A stretch of 42,005 nucleotides of DNA, the filler included, from an uncultured virus (IMG/VR IMGVR_UViG_2061766007_001905) (Duplodnaviria; Heunggongvirae; Uroviricota; Caudoviricetes). It is 15 parts of one record of this genome, joined end to end, with 100 filler letters (N's around TTAATTAATTAA, not from the genome) between each part and the next. Parts side by side here need not be neighbours in the genome. Positions count along the whole stretch, not along the records: positions 10,558 to 15,603 come from IMGVR_UViG_2061766007_001905; positions 15,704 to 20,966 come from IMGVR_UViG_2061766007_001905; positions 21,067 to 24,040 come from IMGVR_UViG_2061766007_001905; 12 more parts are not named here. One strand, given 5' to 3'. This document shows positions 11,301 through 21,999 of the stretch, one piece after another. The notes beneath the pieces were generated by a model that was given only the letters and a program-made list of their open reading frames with translations, was not told where the DNA came from and made no database searches. The stretch's first letter is position 1, and the number at the start of each line of letters is the position of its first letter. Position numbers and translations under genes: made by a program.

Positions 11301-12485
11301 ATGACATAGGGATGCCAATAGTGCGTCACGCCGTCCTTCTCGAACGTTATCGGATTGTCATTGGAATCCAATATGCAGTTGCTTGGATTCGTGTCATGGT
11401 ACGCCAATTTCACGTACCACTTGGAGTAGATTTGGTCAGTCAGCTCGTTCCCCTCCTCGTCAAGCTTGTAGCACTGCCTTTCCCTCGGGTTGTAGATGTA
11501 CACCTTCAGGTGCGGATAGACCTCATCAAGCGTTATCTGTCCCGTCAATGCTGGTNNNNNNNNNNNNNNNNNNNNNNNNNNNNNNNNNNNNNNNNNNNNN
11601 NNNNNNNGTCGGGTAGGGTGAGCCGCTTGGTGACCTTCACGTTTCCTCCAAGGAAACTTGGCTGGGAGAGATTCGTCGTTCCTCCCCTTACGATATATCT
11701 GTTATAGTATTCCTCATTGTTGCTTGTCACGGTGGCGTGCGTAACGTTGAATCCGCTTTTCAATACGAACGGCTCNNNNNNNNNNNNNNNNNNNNNNNNN
11801 NNNNNNNNNNNNNNNNNNNNNNNNNNNNNNNNNNNNNNNNNNNNNNNNNNNNNNNNNACAGCCGCACTGGTCGGCGGCTTGGGATATGACGCTCATGATA
11901 TCCTCCGCGCTTACGTTCACCTCCACGACCTTCCTTCCGAAATCGTCAGACACATAGTTCCACGAGCCTNNNNNNNNNNNNNNNNNNNNNNNNNNNNNNN
12001 NNNNNNNNNNNNNNNNNNNNNNNNNNNNNNNNNNNNNNNNNNNNNNNNNNNNNNNNNNNNNNNNNCACGTCATTGACAAGCGTCTCGGCATATCCGTAAA
12101 ACGACCATTCCGTCTCCTTCGTGGCGTTCGCCCATATCTGCGCGAAGTCGCCGCCGGACGTGTTGCCGTCAAGGTGGAAATACGGTGTCCTCGAAAGGAN
12201 NNNNNNNNNNNNNNNNNNNNNNNNNNNNNNNNNNNNNNNNNNNNNNNNNNNNNNNNNNNNNNNNNNNNNNNNNNNNNNNNNNNNNNNNNNNNNACCGTAT
12301 TTGATGTACGCCCCAGCAGGCAGTGCGACGTTCCTTTCCCCAGCAAAGGACAGGCGGATGAAATTGGACACGCTCATCTCCTCCTCATGGACGGCTTCAC
12401 TGCTGATATATGTCCTGTAGATGACCGTCTCCCTCAATATGCCCCCTACGGGAAGCATCTGGTAAATGTTTATTCTTGCTCCCAT
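8355..12485 (-). CDS. Tal-like central tail-tip / host-specificity protein (fragmented by gaps and one linker)
   Basis: Starts MGARINIY..EAVHEEEMSVSNFIRLSF..LPAGAYIKYG; YYNRYIVRGGTTNL; MTGQITLDEVYPH; ETKIRKLVTHL..IDVGNE; carbohydrate-binding-like NLILNSDF..YTLSFYFK; ends LMIAIER* at 8355; follows the Dit-like gene. Confidence 0.75.
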
Positions 12486-12907
12486 TTATAGTTCCTCCAA
12501 TTCTTGTTCCCACTTATCGTTTACGCCCCTGTTCGTCGGGTCAGGCTCGTTCACCGTCAGNNNNNNNNNNNNNNNNNNNNNNNNNNNNNNNNNNNTCAAC
12601 GAAGCTTAACCTGTATATCGTATTCGGGTTGTGGACGCTTTTCAAGTCGAAATAACCCTTGTCCAGAACCTCGTCGCAGAAACGCCCGTAGCGATTGAGA
12701 AACTCGCTCTTGGTGCTTCCGNNNNNNNNNNNNNNNNNNNNNNNNNNNNNNNNNNNNNNNNNNNNNNNNNNNNNNNNNNNNNNNNNNNNNNNNNNNNNNN
12801 NNNNNNNNNNNNNNNNNNNNNNNNNNNNNNNNNCCGTACTCTGTATATAAGTCAAGCCATCCAAGGCTTTCGCTTCCCACTATCCTTATGTACGTCTCAC
12901 CCGTCAT
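12486..12907 (-). CDS. Distal tail (Dit-like) protein
   Basis: MTGETYI..DLYTEYG..KSEFLNRYGRFCDEVLDKG..LTVNEPDPTNRG..; sits between tape measure and Tal-like genes. Confidence 0.65.
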
Positions 12908-15900
12908 AGTTTCTTCTCAATCAAGTTATACATATTGTCTATCCGCGTAGTCATTGCAGAGATAATCTCCCTGTTTGACTTCTTGATGTCAAGCAGGTAC
13001 TCGTTCGTTGTCTTCACAAGTTCTCGGATCTCCCTCGTCGTAGAGCCGTTTGACGAAGTGATGTCGGCAATCGAGCGTAGGTTTTCGATAATTAACAACG
13101 CTTCCTTGTTGTCAGCCTTCGTCTCAAAGTTCACCACTGGAGACTGACTCTCTGGAACTATCACGGTTGGCGAATCTTTACCGTCCCACCTCNNNNNNNN
13201 NNNNNNNNNNNNNNNNNNTATTTCTCGAATTGGTCATAGGTAGCCTTATCAGCCATGACATTGGAAGCGTTCTTGTCTTCTGCAGCCGTTCCCGATGGTG
13301 TGATGATACCGATATCCTTCAACCTCTCCACATCTTCGGCACCTTGTCTCAGTATGTCATTGTNNNNNNNNNNNNNNNNNNNNNNNNNNNNNNNNNNNNN
13401 NNNNNNNNNNNNNNNNNNNNNNNNNNNGGAGAATACGTCATCATACCACTCTTTCAGTTGGTCCTTGTATTTCTGACCGACAAGGTTATTCAAGACCATC
13501 TTGTTGACCATCTGCCTCCAATTCTCGGCAACATCATCGAATACTTCCTCAGAACCATCGGCAAGGCTATAAATCGATTCCATGAAGGAATCCCACACNN
13601 NNNNNNNNNNNNNNNNNNNNNNNNNNNNNNNNNNNNNNNNNNNNNNNNNNNNNNNAAAGTTGGTCATATTGCTCGACAAGTTCCTCTATGGTCTTCCCAA
13701 GCGCACCCTCATTATATCCGAGTTCGTTTGAGATGTTATACCACAACTCCTTGTCTTGTTCCATGATGTCCTTGAAGGTCTTAGNNNNNNNNNNNNGAGT
13801 AGTTCCTGCCACGTACCAGCCGTAACGTTGTACTGCCTTCCGTAAGCGGTTATCTGGCCAAGAATGTCCTTCTGTTTATTAAGATGGTAATAGTCAGAGT
13901 GACCGCCACCATAATTGTCTGACAAGACGGAATCAATTTTCAAGACCGTTGTCTTTAGGTTGTCGCCGATGGAACTTACCAACTCCTCGTAAGCCTTGAT
14001 AGCGTCAGAGCCGTAGCTTTCACTCAATTGCTCAGTCAGCTTCTCGATAGCCTTTGTTGAACTTTCTATCTTGGCTGATAGTTCCTCTTGTATGGCAAGC
14101 TGCTCCTCATGGTTGGATGATCCGCGGAACATTCCGATGAACGAGTCAAAACCTTGTATTACGTTATTAGCCGCACCAAAGACATCGCCACTCGCAAGCG
14201 AGGAAATGGCATCGGTGAAATGTCCCGTTCCTTCGGCAAAGCCCTTCACGGCCACCCCGAAGTCTGTATTCGCAAGATTCAAGGTATCGACAAGCTCTGA
14301 CATGCTCTTCACGTTTTGGTTCGCAACGTTGACGATTCCCATCATGTCGAAGTTGCCAGTCGCATTCTTGAAGATGTCAGATATGGCCCCTCCTATGCCC
14401 TTGCCCTTGAAACCTCCGAGGATGTCCNNNNNNNNNNNNNNNNNNNNNNNNNNNNNNNNNNNNNNGGTGACGGCAATGATGGCAGTCCTGATGGCCTGGG
14501 TAATCTCGTCTATGACCTTTGCATTCTCGCTGCCTGCCGTTTCCAGTTTTGACAACCCTAACCCATCTATGATTTCATCGGCGCTCTTTGTCCTGAAATC
14601 NNNNNNNNNNNNNNNNNNNNNNNNNNNNNNNNNNNNNNNNNNNNNNNNNNNNNNNNNNNNNNNNNNNNNNNNNNNNNNNNNNNNNNNNNNNNNNNNNNNN
14701 NNNNNNNNNNNGTCCTCCGCCTGTGCAACTTGACGGGTAATCCTCTCCCTCTCCTTCAATGCAGGAATGAGGGATGACCATACGTTCGTGCGCTCGGAAA
14801 TCCTATCCTCTATTTCAAGAATCTTCTCAGCCAATACCTTAGCGTTCTCTGGCTCAATGTCGCCGACGTTAAGGGCATTCTTTAGCTTCTCCCTAAGAGA
14901 CCTGAGAGCGTTTGTCGATTGCAGTTCAAGGTCGTTAAAGACGGTTTCCCAATCGATGGACTTTTGTATCGATTCGAAGTTGATGGATGAGAGTGCCTGT
15001 TGTTTCTGCTGTTCCCATAAGGCTTTCTGCGTAGCATCGTTAGTCTCGGCAATCTTCTCGTCGTACTCCTTTGTTATTGCAAGGCGTTTCTCCTGGATGG
15101 TGCCGTACTCCTTGATGTAGTCGTATAGCTNNNNNNNNNNNNNNNNNNNNNNNNNNNNNNNNNNNNNNNNNNNNNNNNATGTTCGGCATTCTTCAGCTCC
15201 TCATCTGCCTCCAGTATAGCATCCTGCTCCTTTGTGAGCTTGATGGGGGCATTGTCATAGGCCTTTTGTGCCGCATTGAGCTTTTCCTGGCTCTCGGTAA
15301 GACGCTTGATGGTATCATCCAACTGCTGGGCCGAAATGTCGCCATTGCGGAATGCGTCGATGAACGCGTCTGANNNNNNNNNNNNNNNNNNNNNNNNNNN
15401 NNNNNNNNNNNNNNNNNNNNNNNNNNNNNNNNNNNNTCATAGGTGACTGTGGTGTCCTTCGGCATCAAGTCCAATGACTCCAATAGCTTGGAATAGTCCA
15501 CGTCGTACATCACTTCTATGGTACAGTCAGTCGGGATTTCTGGAAGTTCAACTTCACCGACCGTGGTATGTACCAATATCTCGCTTTCCGACGGAATGGC
15601 CCCNNNNNNNNNNNNNNNNNNNNNNNNNNNNNNNNNNNNNNNNNNNNTTAATTAATTAANNNNNNNNNNNNNNNNNNNNNNNNNNNNNNNNNNNNNNNNN
15701 NNNTCCTACGGCTTGCAGTGCGAGATTCTTTGTCCTAAACGATTCAAGAGCAGTGACAACCATAACTGCTGTCTTATACACGCCATAGGTACCAACAAGG
15801 CCCATTATTACACGTCCAACATTCTCGTAGTTCCGTACCAAAAGCGTTGCCGNNNNNNNNNNNNNNNNNNNNNNNNNNNNNNNNNNNNNNNNNNNNNNNN

Positions 15901-16814
15901 NNNNNNNNNNNNNNNNNNNNNNNNNNNNNNNNNNNNNNNNNNNNNNNNNNNNNNNNNNNNNCGCTGCGGAATGCCTCTTCCACCATCTCTACGGAAATGG
16001 CACCCTTCGACATCTCGTCTTTCAGCTCGGCTACTGACTTTCCCGTTTTCTCGCTGATGACCACAAGGGGATTGAAACCGGCGTTAATCATCTGCAGCAA
16101 GTCCTGTCCCATCAATTTGCCAGTTGACGACATTTGTGCAAAAGCAAGGGTGAGAGAATTGAATTTTTGCGAGTCGCCCATGCTGATATCGCCTATCTGC
16201 TTCAATATGGGCATCACCTTCTGCGCCTCGATGTTGAAGCCGAGCAGTGTTTGTGCGCCCTTTGCAAAGTCACCCATCATCATGGGGGTGTTAAGGGTGA
16301 ATTGCTTGATGTCCTCATACAGTTGCTTGCCGACATCAGTTCCCGCAAGCGTCTCGAACGATACTTGCAGGCTTTCCATTTCCTTGCGGACGNNNNNNNN
16401 NNNNNNNNNNNNNNNNNNNNNNNNNNNNNNNNNNNNNNNNNNNTGCCGAAGCTTACGGAACCCTCGTCGCCAGCCTTCTGCAGCTTCCTGCCGAGTTCGT
16501 CGGTTGCCCTGCCAGTCCTGTCGATGGCCTCTGTAGCCTTGTCGGCACCCTTGCGTTCAGCCTCGGCAGCGGCATGCCCTGCCTTGCCGGCCTTGCCCTG
16601 TGCTTGTGTCTGCCGTTCAATAGCTGCCGNNNNNNNNNNNNNNNNNNNNNNNNNNNNNNNNNNGTGCCTTGGTAGAGAACTGGTCAACGGTCATGCCCGT
16701 CTTCTTCACTTCCTCGGCCATGCCGTGAACTGCTTCCAGGAGTTTGTTCATGCCTTCTACAAACCCCTTTTCCTCCAATTCGGCAGAGAATGACAGTATT
16801 CCTTCGTCGTCCAT
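12904..16814 (-). CDS. Tail tape measure protein (fragmented)
   Basis: Tape-measure domain SFETLAG..TPMMMGDFAKGAQTLLGF..IGDISMGDSQKFNSLTLAFAQMSSTGKLMGQDLLQMINAGFNPL; long helical fragments; start MDDEGILSFSAELE. Confidence 0.92.
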
Positions 16815-16816
16815 GG

Positions 16817-17558
16817 TCAGTTGAATTTAACACGTTTAAGCATAGACTTCAGCTTCCCGAATGAGTNNNNNNNNNNNNNNNNNNNNNNNNNNNNNNNNNN
16901 NNNNNNNNNNNNNNNTCCTCACTTACGCCTTGCAGTTCGTCGTCGCTCAAGTATATGGATGTCATCTTGTCTGCAAGCATTAGGCGCAGGAAGGAGTAGG
17001 GGCGTTCGAAAAGTATTTCATCGTCACTGTAACCGATTTCCTTCAGCGGTCCAATGAACGAACCGAAAATGGTCAGTCCGCCGAAGGTCAGGTTGTTCTN
17101 NNNNNNNNNNNNNNNNNNNNNNNNNNNNNNNNNNNNNNNNGTTCGCGGTCGAGTCCAAGGTGCGCAATTACCTGTTCCGTCTTGTCTGCCGTGAGAACCT
17201 CAATCATCAAAGCCGACAAGTCACCGTCGGACAATTTGTTTATCAAGTTCCTGCGGACAGCAAGTTTCTGCTTATCGTGCAAATCCTTGTAGGTGTTCGG
17301 GGCGGTATGGATAGCAAGGATGGAGCAGCATTCCCTCCTGTGCCCGCTTACGATGNNNNNNNNNNNNNNNNNNNNNNNNNNNNNNNNNGTGTTGACGCCG
17401 ATGGCATCAAGATATGGCTGCAACTTGCACTTCTTGGCAAGTGTGACGGGGAAGAGGCGCAGGTGCTTGCGCCCTACGGAAAAATCGTGAGGCCTTGCGG
17501 TTATGATATCCGCAAGTTCCCTGTCAAGTTCCCTGTTTCCCATTTTCCTGTTTGCCAT
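16817..17558 (-). CDS. Putative tail assembly chaperone
   Basis: MANRKMGNRELDRELADIITARPHDFSVGRKHLRLFPVTLAK...; after gaps NNLTFGGLTIFG..YSFLRLMLADKMTSIYLSDDE..KRVKFN*; located between tail tube and tape measure. Confidence 0.65.
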
Positions 17559-17562
17559 AGAG

Positions 17563-17635
17563 TTGCGGAGGGAGGACTCGAACCCCCGACCTCTTGGTTA
17601 TGAGCCAAGCGAGCTGCCAACTGCTCCACACCGCG
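17563..17635 (-). tRNA. tRNA-Met(CAT), initiator (fMet)-type, no encoded CCA
   Basis: CGCGGTG TG GAGC AGTTGGCA GCTC G CTTGG CTCATAA CCAAG AGGTC GGGGG TTCGAGT CCTCC CTCCGCA A folds to a cloverleaf; C1:A72 mismatch, A11-U24 and A73 are initiator features. Confidence 0.92.
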
Positions 17636-17641
17636 ATATAA

Positions 17642-17667
17642 TGCCGACCGATAAACCCCGGTCGGCA
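17642..17667. repeat. Perfect 9-bp inverted repeat just upstream of the tRNA
   Basis: TGCCGACCG-ATAAACCC-CGGTCGGCA. Confidence 0.8.
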
Positions 17668-17684
17668 AGGGTAAATGAAAAAGC

Positions 17685-18002
17685 CTACCCGAGCTCGTAG
17701 TAGGTGGTGCCTTGAGCTGGCTCCGTGTCCCAAGAGNNNNNNNNNNNNNNNNNNNNNNNNNNNNNNNNNNNNNNNNNNNNNNNNNNNNNNNNNNNNNNNN
17801 NNNNTAGCTCTCGTCTGCGGAATCGTGCTCCTTGATGAGAACGTCGTCAAGGTTCCCCTCCGAGTCAGTGCTTCCCTTTGTCTTGTACAGGTAGTGAGCC
17901 ACAAGTCCGTCGGTAGAGTCTTGCTTCAGCGTAATCTTACGCGAGCAGTCTTTCAGTTCGGCATATACGGCTCCAACATTTTTCGGGATGATGGCACAAT
18001 CG
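17685..18002 (-). CDS. Major tail (tube) protein, C-terminal part
   Basis: DCAIIPKNVGAVYAELKDCSRKITLKQDSTDGLVAHYLYKTKG...SWDTEPAQGTTYYELG*; position after the tail-terminator-like gene; N-terminus in gap. Confidence 0.6.
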
Positions 18003-18775
18003 NNNNNNNNNNNNNNNNNNNNNNNNNNNNNNNNNNNNNNNNNNNNNNNNNNNNNNNNNNNNNNNNNNNNNNNNNNNNNNNNNNNNNNNNNNNNNNNNNN
18101 NNNNNNNNNNNNNNNNNNNNNNNNNNNNNNNNNNNNNNNNNNNNNNNNNNNNNNNNNNNNNNNNNNNNNNNNNNNNNNNNNNNNNNNNNNNNNNNNNNNN
18201 NNNNNNNNNNNNNNNNNNNNNNNNNNNNNNNNNNNNNNNNNNNNNNNNNNNNNNNNNNNNNNNNNNNNNNNNNNNNNNNNNNNNNNNNNNNNNNNNNNNN
18301 NNNNNNNNNNNNNNNNNNNNNNNNNNNNNNNNNNNNNNNNNNNNNNNNNNNNNNNNNNNNNNNNNNNNNNNNNNNNNNNNNNNNNNNNNNNNNNNNNNNN
18401 NNNNNNNNNNNNNNNNNNNNNNNNNNNNNNNNNNNNNNNNNNNNNNNNNNNNNNNNNNNNNNNNNNNNNNNNNNNNNNNNNNNNNNNNNNNNNNNNNNNN
18501 NNNNNNNNNNNNNNNNNNNNNNNNNNNNNNNNNNNNNNNNNNNNNNNNNNNNNNNNNNNNNNNNNNNNNNNNNNNNNNNNNNNNNNNNNNNNNNNNNNNN
18601 NNNNNNNNNNNNNNNNNNNNNNNNNNNNNNNNNNNNNNNNNNNNNNNNNNNNNNNNNNNNNNNNNNNNNNNNNNNNNNNNNNNNNNNNNNNNNNNNNNNN
18701 NNNNNNNNNNNNNNNNNNNNNNNNNNNNNNNNNNNNNNNNNNNNNNNNNNNNNNNNNNNNNNNNNNNNNNNNNNN

Positions 18776-18876
18776 TCACGATAGACCTTTCCCCTTATGG
18801 TGGAGGCAATCGGGCTCTCCTTTACGAAATGGAAGAAGTCCTTCTCAATCTGTGTCTCGGTCTTGATGTCGCTCAT
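18776..18876 (-). CDS. Tail terminator/completion protein, N-terminal fragment
   Basis: MSDIKTETQIEKDFFHFVKESPIASTIRGKVYR; follows the HK97-gp10-like gene. Confidence 0.55.
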
Positions 18877-19318
18877 TTCTTCCTCACTTTGAAACCAAGT
18901 TGTTGCAGCGTTTCCGGAATCTTGCGCTCGGCCAGGAGCTCGGACGATGTCAGAACGTTCCTTCCCCGACCCTCGACATAGACCGCGTAGCTCATGCCGG
19001 CAGCGACAATCAGGCAGATACCTGTCGTCTTGGTAGCCGCGATGCTCGCAAACGTTTGCCTGGATTTCTCAATGCCCTCCTTGGTAGTCGGCTTCCCGTC
19101 GCCCAATTGGTCGGCATAGACGCTGTTGGCAATCTTTCCGTCAACGACGATGCAGAAGCCTATTGAACTTCTGAGGTTGCCAGTCTGGTCCATGTAGTTA
19201 CCGTTGCTCCTTGCCTCTGCGATGCATTGCATGCCCACGTCGGTAAGTACGCTGACGATGGATTTCCTGACGTTCTCGGTAACGACATCCCCCAAGGTGT
19301 CTAAATCAAATGAGTATT
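18873..19318 (-). CDS. HK97 gp10-like neck/tail-completion protein
   Basis: YMDQTGNLRSSIG and AGMSYAVYVE motifs (TGxLRxSI...YAxYVE). Confidence 0.8.
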
Positions 19319-19333
19319 NNNNNNNNNNNNNNN

Positions 19334-19672
19334 CAATGATCCTAATCCTGTCGAGAGACACGTCCTGAATGTCCTGCACCTTGAACTCGCCAAGCTCCCT
19401 GTTCCCCCTGACGAGCCTCACTGTGTCAGTATCGAGGCCTTCGGGAATCCGCTCAATCAGCACTTCGTATGCCTCATGCGTGAAAGTCCCGCTGACGCTC
19501 GTACCCTTGTTGTCGTGGGTGTTCGTCTTGATGAAACAGCGTACGGGCTCGCTCCACTCTGAGTCGGCGGCGNNNNNNNNNNNNNNNNNNNNNNNNNNNN
19601 NNNNNNNNNNNNNNNNNNNNACTGCCCTTCCGTGGCGCACAGCCTGTATGTCATGGTTCCGTTTGTACGCAT
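19334..19672 (-). CDS. Putative head-closure protein
   Basis: MRTNGTMTY..SEWSEPVRCFIKTNTHDNKG..YEVLIE..LGEFKVQDIQ..RIRII; assigned by synteny. Confidence 0.55.
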
Positions 19673-19673
19673 A

Positions 19674-20014
19674 TCAGTACATGTTAGACCCGTCCTGTAT
19701 CACGGTCATACTTTCAGAGAGATACTCGGAAGCATCCAGGCCGAACCGCTGGCACCAGAAGAGGATGTTCTTGTCCACCGCCTCGCGGTCGATGCTGGCG
19801 CTGATTCCACCCTCGCTACGTGCCGTCTCCACCCATCCCCTGNNNNNNNNNNNNNNNNNNNNNNNNNNNNNNNNNNNNNNNNNNNNNNNNNNNNNNNNNN
19901 NNNNNNNNNNCCGTTTTCTTCCAGCACGTCATTCAGTACGTCATCGTCCACGTAGCAGGTGTTGCATATCAGCTTGCACTTCGCCCTGAGTGCTTCCAAG
20001 TTAGTTCTGTACAT
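19674..20014 (-). CDS. Putative head-tail adaptor protein
   Basis: MYRTNLEALRAKCK...GWVETARSEGGISASIDREAVDKNILFWCQRFGLD..IQDGSNMY*; SEGGxS motif; TGATG overlap with the capsid stop. Confidence 0.65.
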
Positions 20015-20882
20015 CACAGCTGAGTCTTGAGGGTATAGATNNNNNNNNNNNNNNNNNNNNNNNNNNNNNNNNNNNNNNNNNNNNNNNNNNNNNNNNNNNN
20101 NNNNNNNNNNNNNNNNNNNNNNNNNTCTGCATGTACTCGTTGATGTCCTTCAAGGTGACAATCTTCGAGGACTTGTCAGTACCCCAAATCATCTGCTTCA
20201 TCTTCTTGCAGCGGCACATGTAGCTGATGCGAGAAGGGGCACAGAGGATGGTGGAGAGGCTGGTCTTGTCCTCGGCAGCGTCAATCAGCTCGAACACGTC
20301 TTCCATAGGGTCAACGGTATCGAGGTTGGCCTCCGTCCATTCCACCTTGCTGGTTGCAAGGTTGGCCTGCGGGAAGTTCATGCTGATTCCTCCACGGATC
20401 GGGCCTTCGGNNNNNNNNNNNNNNNNNNNNNNNNNNNNNNNNNNNNNNNNNNNNNNNNNNNNNNNNNNNNNNNNNNNNNNNNNNNNNNNNNNNNNNNNNN
20501 NNNNNNNNNNNNNGATGAGCTGCTGTGTCTTTTGCTTTTCGCTGATGCTCTTTGAGTCAAGAATCGCAAGCATCTTGCGATAGTCCTTCATGCTCAGAGG
20601 CAACGTGAGGGCGTGGTTCATCACGCTCTTCTTGATGGTCTCCAAGCCTTCCGTCTGCAAGATAGGATCCTTGGCATCAATGCCGATAGTGGGAGCTACA
20701 ACGGTGATGTTGTACTTTCCGATCAGTTCCTCGAAGTCAAGCCCGATGGTGGGAGTGTCCCAGTCGAGGTACTTGGAGTAAATCACCTGGTCAAACAGTC
20801 GCTTCTGCAGCTCAGAAGCCTTGTCGATGCGAATCTGCACGTTCTTGGTGAGTTCGCCAAAAAGTGAACTGAGTTCTGGCAT
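20014..20882 (-). CDS. Major capsid protein (lambda gpE-like family, gapped)
   Basis: MPELSSLFGEL..YLDWDTPTIGLDFEELIGKYNITVVAPTIG..EWTEAN..VDPMED..IYTLKTQL*; size and position between decoration and adaptor genes. Confidence 0.75.
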
Positions 20883-20884
20883 AG

Positions 20885-20966
20885 TTACTGCTCGATTACT
20901 TTGATGTTAGGATTTGTTTTGAGTGCATAACCACCCTCAATCAGCCATTCCTCGGGGAACGGCGGG
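20885..20966 (-). CDS. Head decoration-like protein, C-terminal fragment
   Basis: PPFPEEWLIEGGYALKTNPNIKVIEQ* immediately upstream of the capsid gene. Confidence 0.5.
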
Positions 20967-21066
20967 NNNNNNNNNNNNNNNNNNNNNNNNNNNNNNNNNN
21001 NNNNNNNNNNTTAATTAATTAANNNNNNNNNNNNNNNNNNNNNNNNNNNNNNNNNNNNNNNNNNNN

Positions 21067-21399
21067 GTCGCGGAACCACTTGGGCATCTTCTTGCCGTCC
21101 TCATCGTCGTCACCGTCTCCGTCGCCATCACCATCCCCATCCGTATTCGGCTTGGTCTTGGGCTTGGGAGCCTGCTTGCNNNNNNNNNNNNNNNNNNNNN
21201 NNNNNNNNNNNNNNNNNNNNNNNNNNNNNNNNNNNNNNNNNNNNNNNNCAAGAGAATCCGCGGCCTTCTCGATGTCCTCGTCTGAGGACTCATCGCTGAG
21301 ACCCTCGGAAGCTGACTCGGCCAGCTCCTCGATTGCCTTGTCTGTCAATCCAAAGTCCTTGCACTTGTCTTGCAGAGCCTTAAGTAATTTCTTGTTCAT
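21067..21399 (-). CDS. Capsid scaffolding-like protein, N-terminal part
   Basis: MNKKLLKALQDKCKDFGLTDKAIEELA..., PK- and DG-rich linker, then MPKWF. Confidence 0.6.
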
Positions 21400-21430
21400 T
21401 GTAATTAAGGAAATGTAAACNNNNNNNNNN

Positions 21431-21553
21431 GACGGCGAGCTGGAACTCAATGACCAAGGGGATGACGATGACTTCATCTACCCGGCTGAAATCTGCAGTG
21501 AAGCAAGCGCAGAGGACACCCAAAAGTATTTTAACAAGTTAATGAACAAGTAA
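21431..21553 (+). CDS. Hypothetical protein, C-terminal fragment
   Basis: DGELELNDQGDDDDFIYPAEICSEASAEDTQKYFNKLMNK* after a 10-N gap. Confidence 0.5.
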   Translation, partial: DGELELNDQGDDDDFIYPAEICSEASAEDTQKYFNKLMNK

Positions 21554-21564
21554 AGCAAAGAGTT

Positions 21565-21999
21565 ATGTTAATCAAGGAATTTATCGACAGGACGGGTTTC
21601 ACACCAACAGACGACTACTATCACAAGGAGATAGAGCCGGAGTACGAACACAGCAATCTCGACAAGGATGATTGGTGCAAGCAGTGGAAGAAGAACGGAG
21701 GCATCCAGAAAGCCTACGATGCCATGTGTAAGGATGCTGCAAACAACCATTTGAGAGTAAAGGAGCTTGAAAGTGTTATTGACGAGAACACACAGAAACT
21801 CTCTGAATACTACAAGCGGATTCAGGAACTGGAGCCAAAGGCAAGCGTCTATGACGGAATGGCCGACTTCCTGATTGAGCAGGCTGAGAAATGGTCGGCA
21901 ACAGACCTCAGAGCCAAGGCCATCGAAATGCTCGGTTCTTCTGAGTACCTACGCAGGAAGATTGAGAAAGGCTACAACCTTTGGGAGTCTGATAGAGAA
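21565..21999 (+). CDS. Hypothetical phage protein (coiled coil)
   Basis: MLIKEFIDRTGFTPT..IEPEYEHSNLDKDDWCKQWKKNGG; open to the gap; A-rich leader. Confidence 0.75.

Noticed and set aside
1838..12485. Frameshifts or pseudogenisation in tail genes
   Set aside because: Frame changes coincide with N gaps of unreliable length; the flanking sequence I translated reads through without stops.
17088..17140. Programmed -1 frameshift (lambda G/GT type) in the tail chaperone
   Set aside because: The apparent frame change falls in an N gap and no slippery site is visible; cannot be assessed.
17563..17635. tRNA as an integration site, as tRNA-Ile2 substrate of the PP-loop enzyme, or as partner of a theta ribozyme
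   Set aside because: It lies mid-operon far from the integrase with no duplicated 3' end, has initiator rather than Ile2 identity elements, and is followed directly by coding sequence rather than an HDV-like fold.
139..20867. Numerous plus-strand ORFs in the track over the structural region
   Set aside because: Antisense shadows of recognisable minus-strand genes, or frames kept open by Ns; no recognisable motifs.
21100..21170. GAC/GGC-rich repeat
   Set aside because: Encodes the low-complexity PKPK/DGDG linker of the scaffold-like protein.
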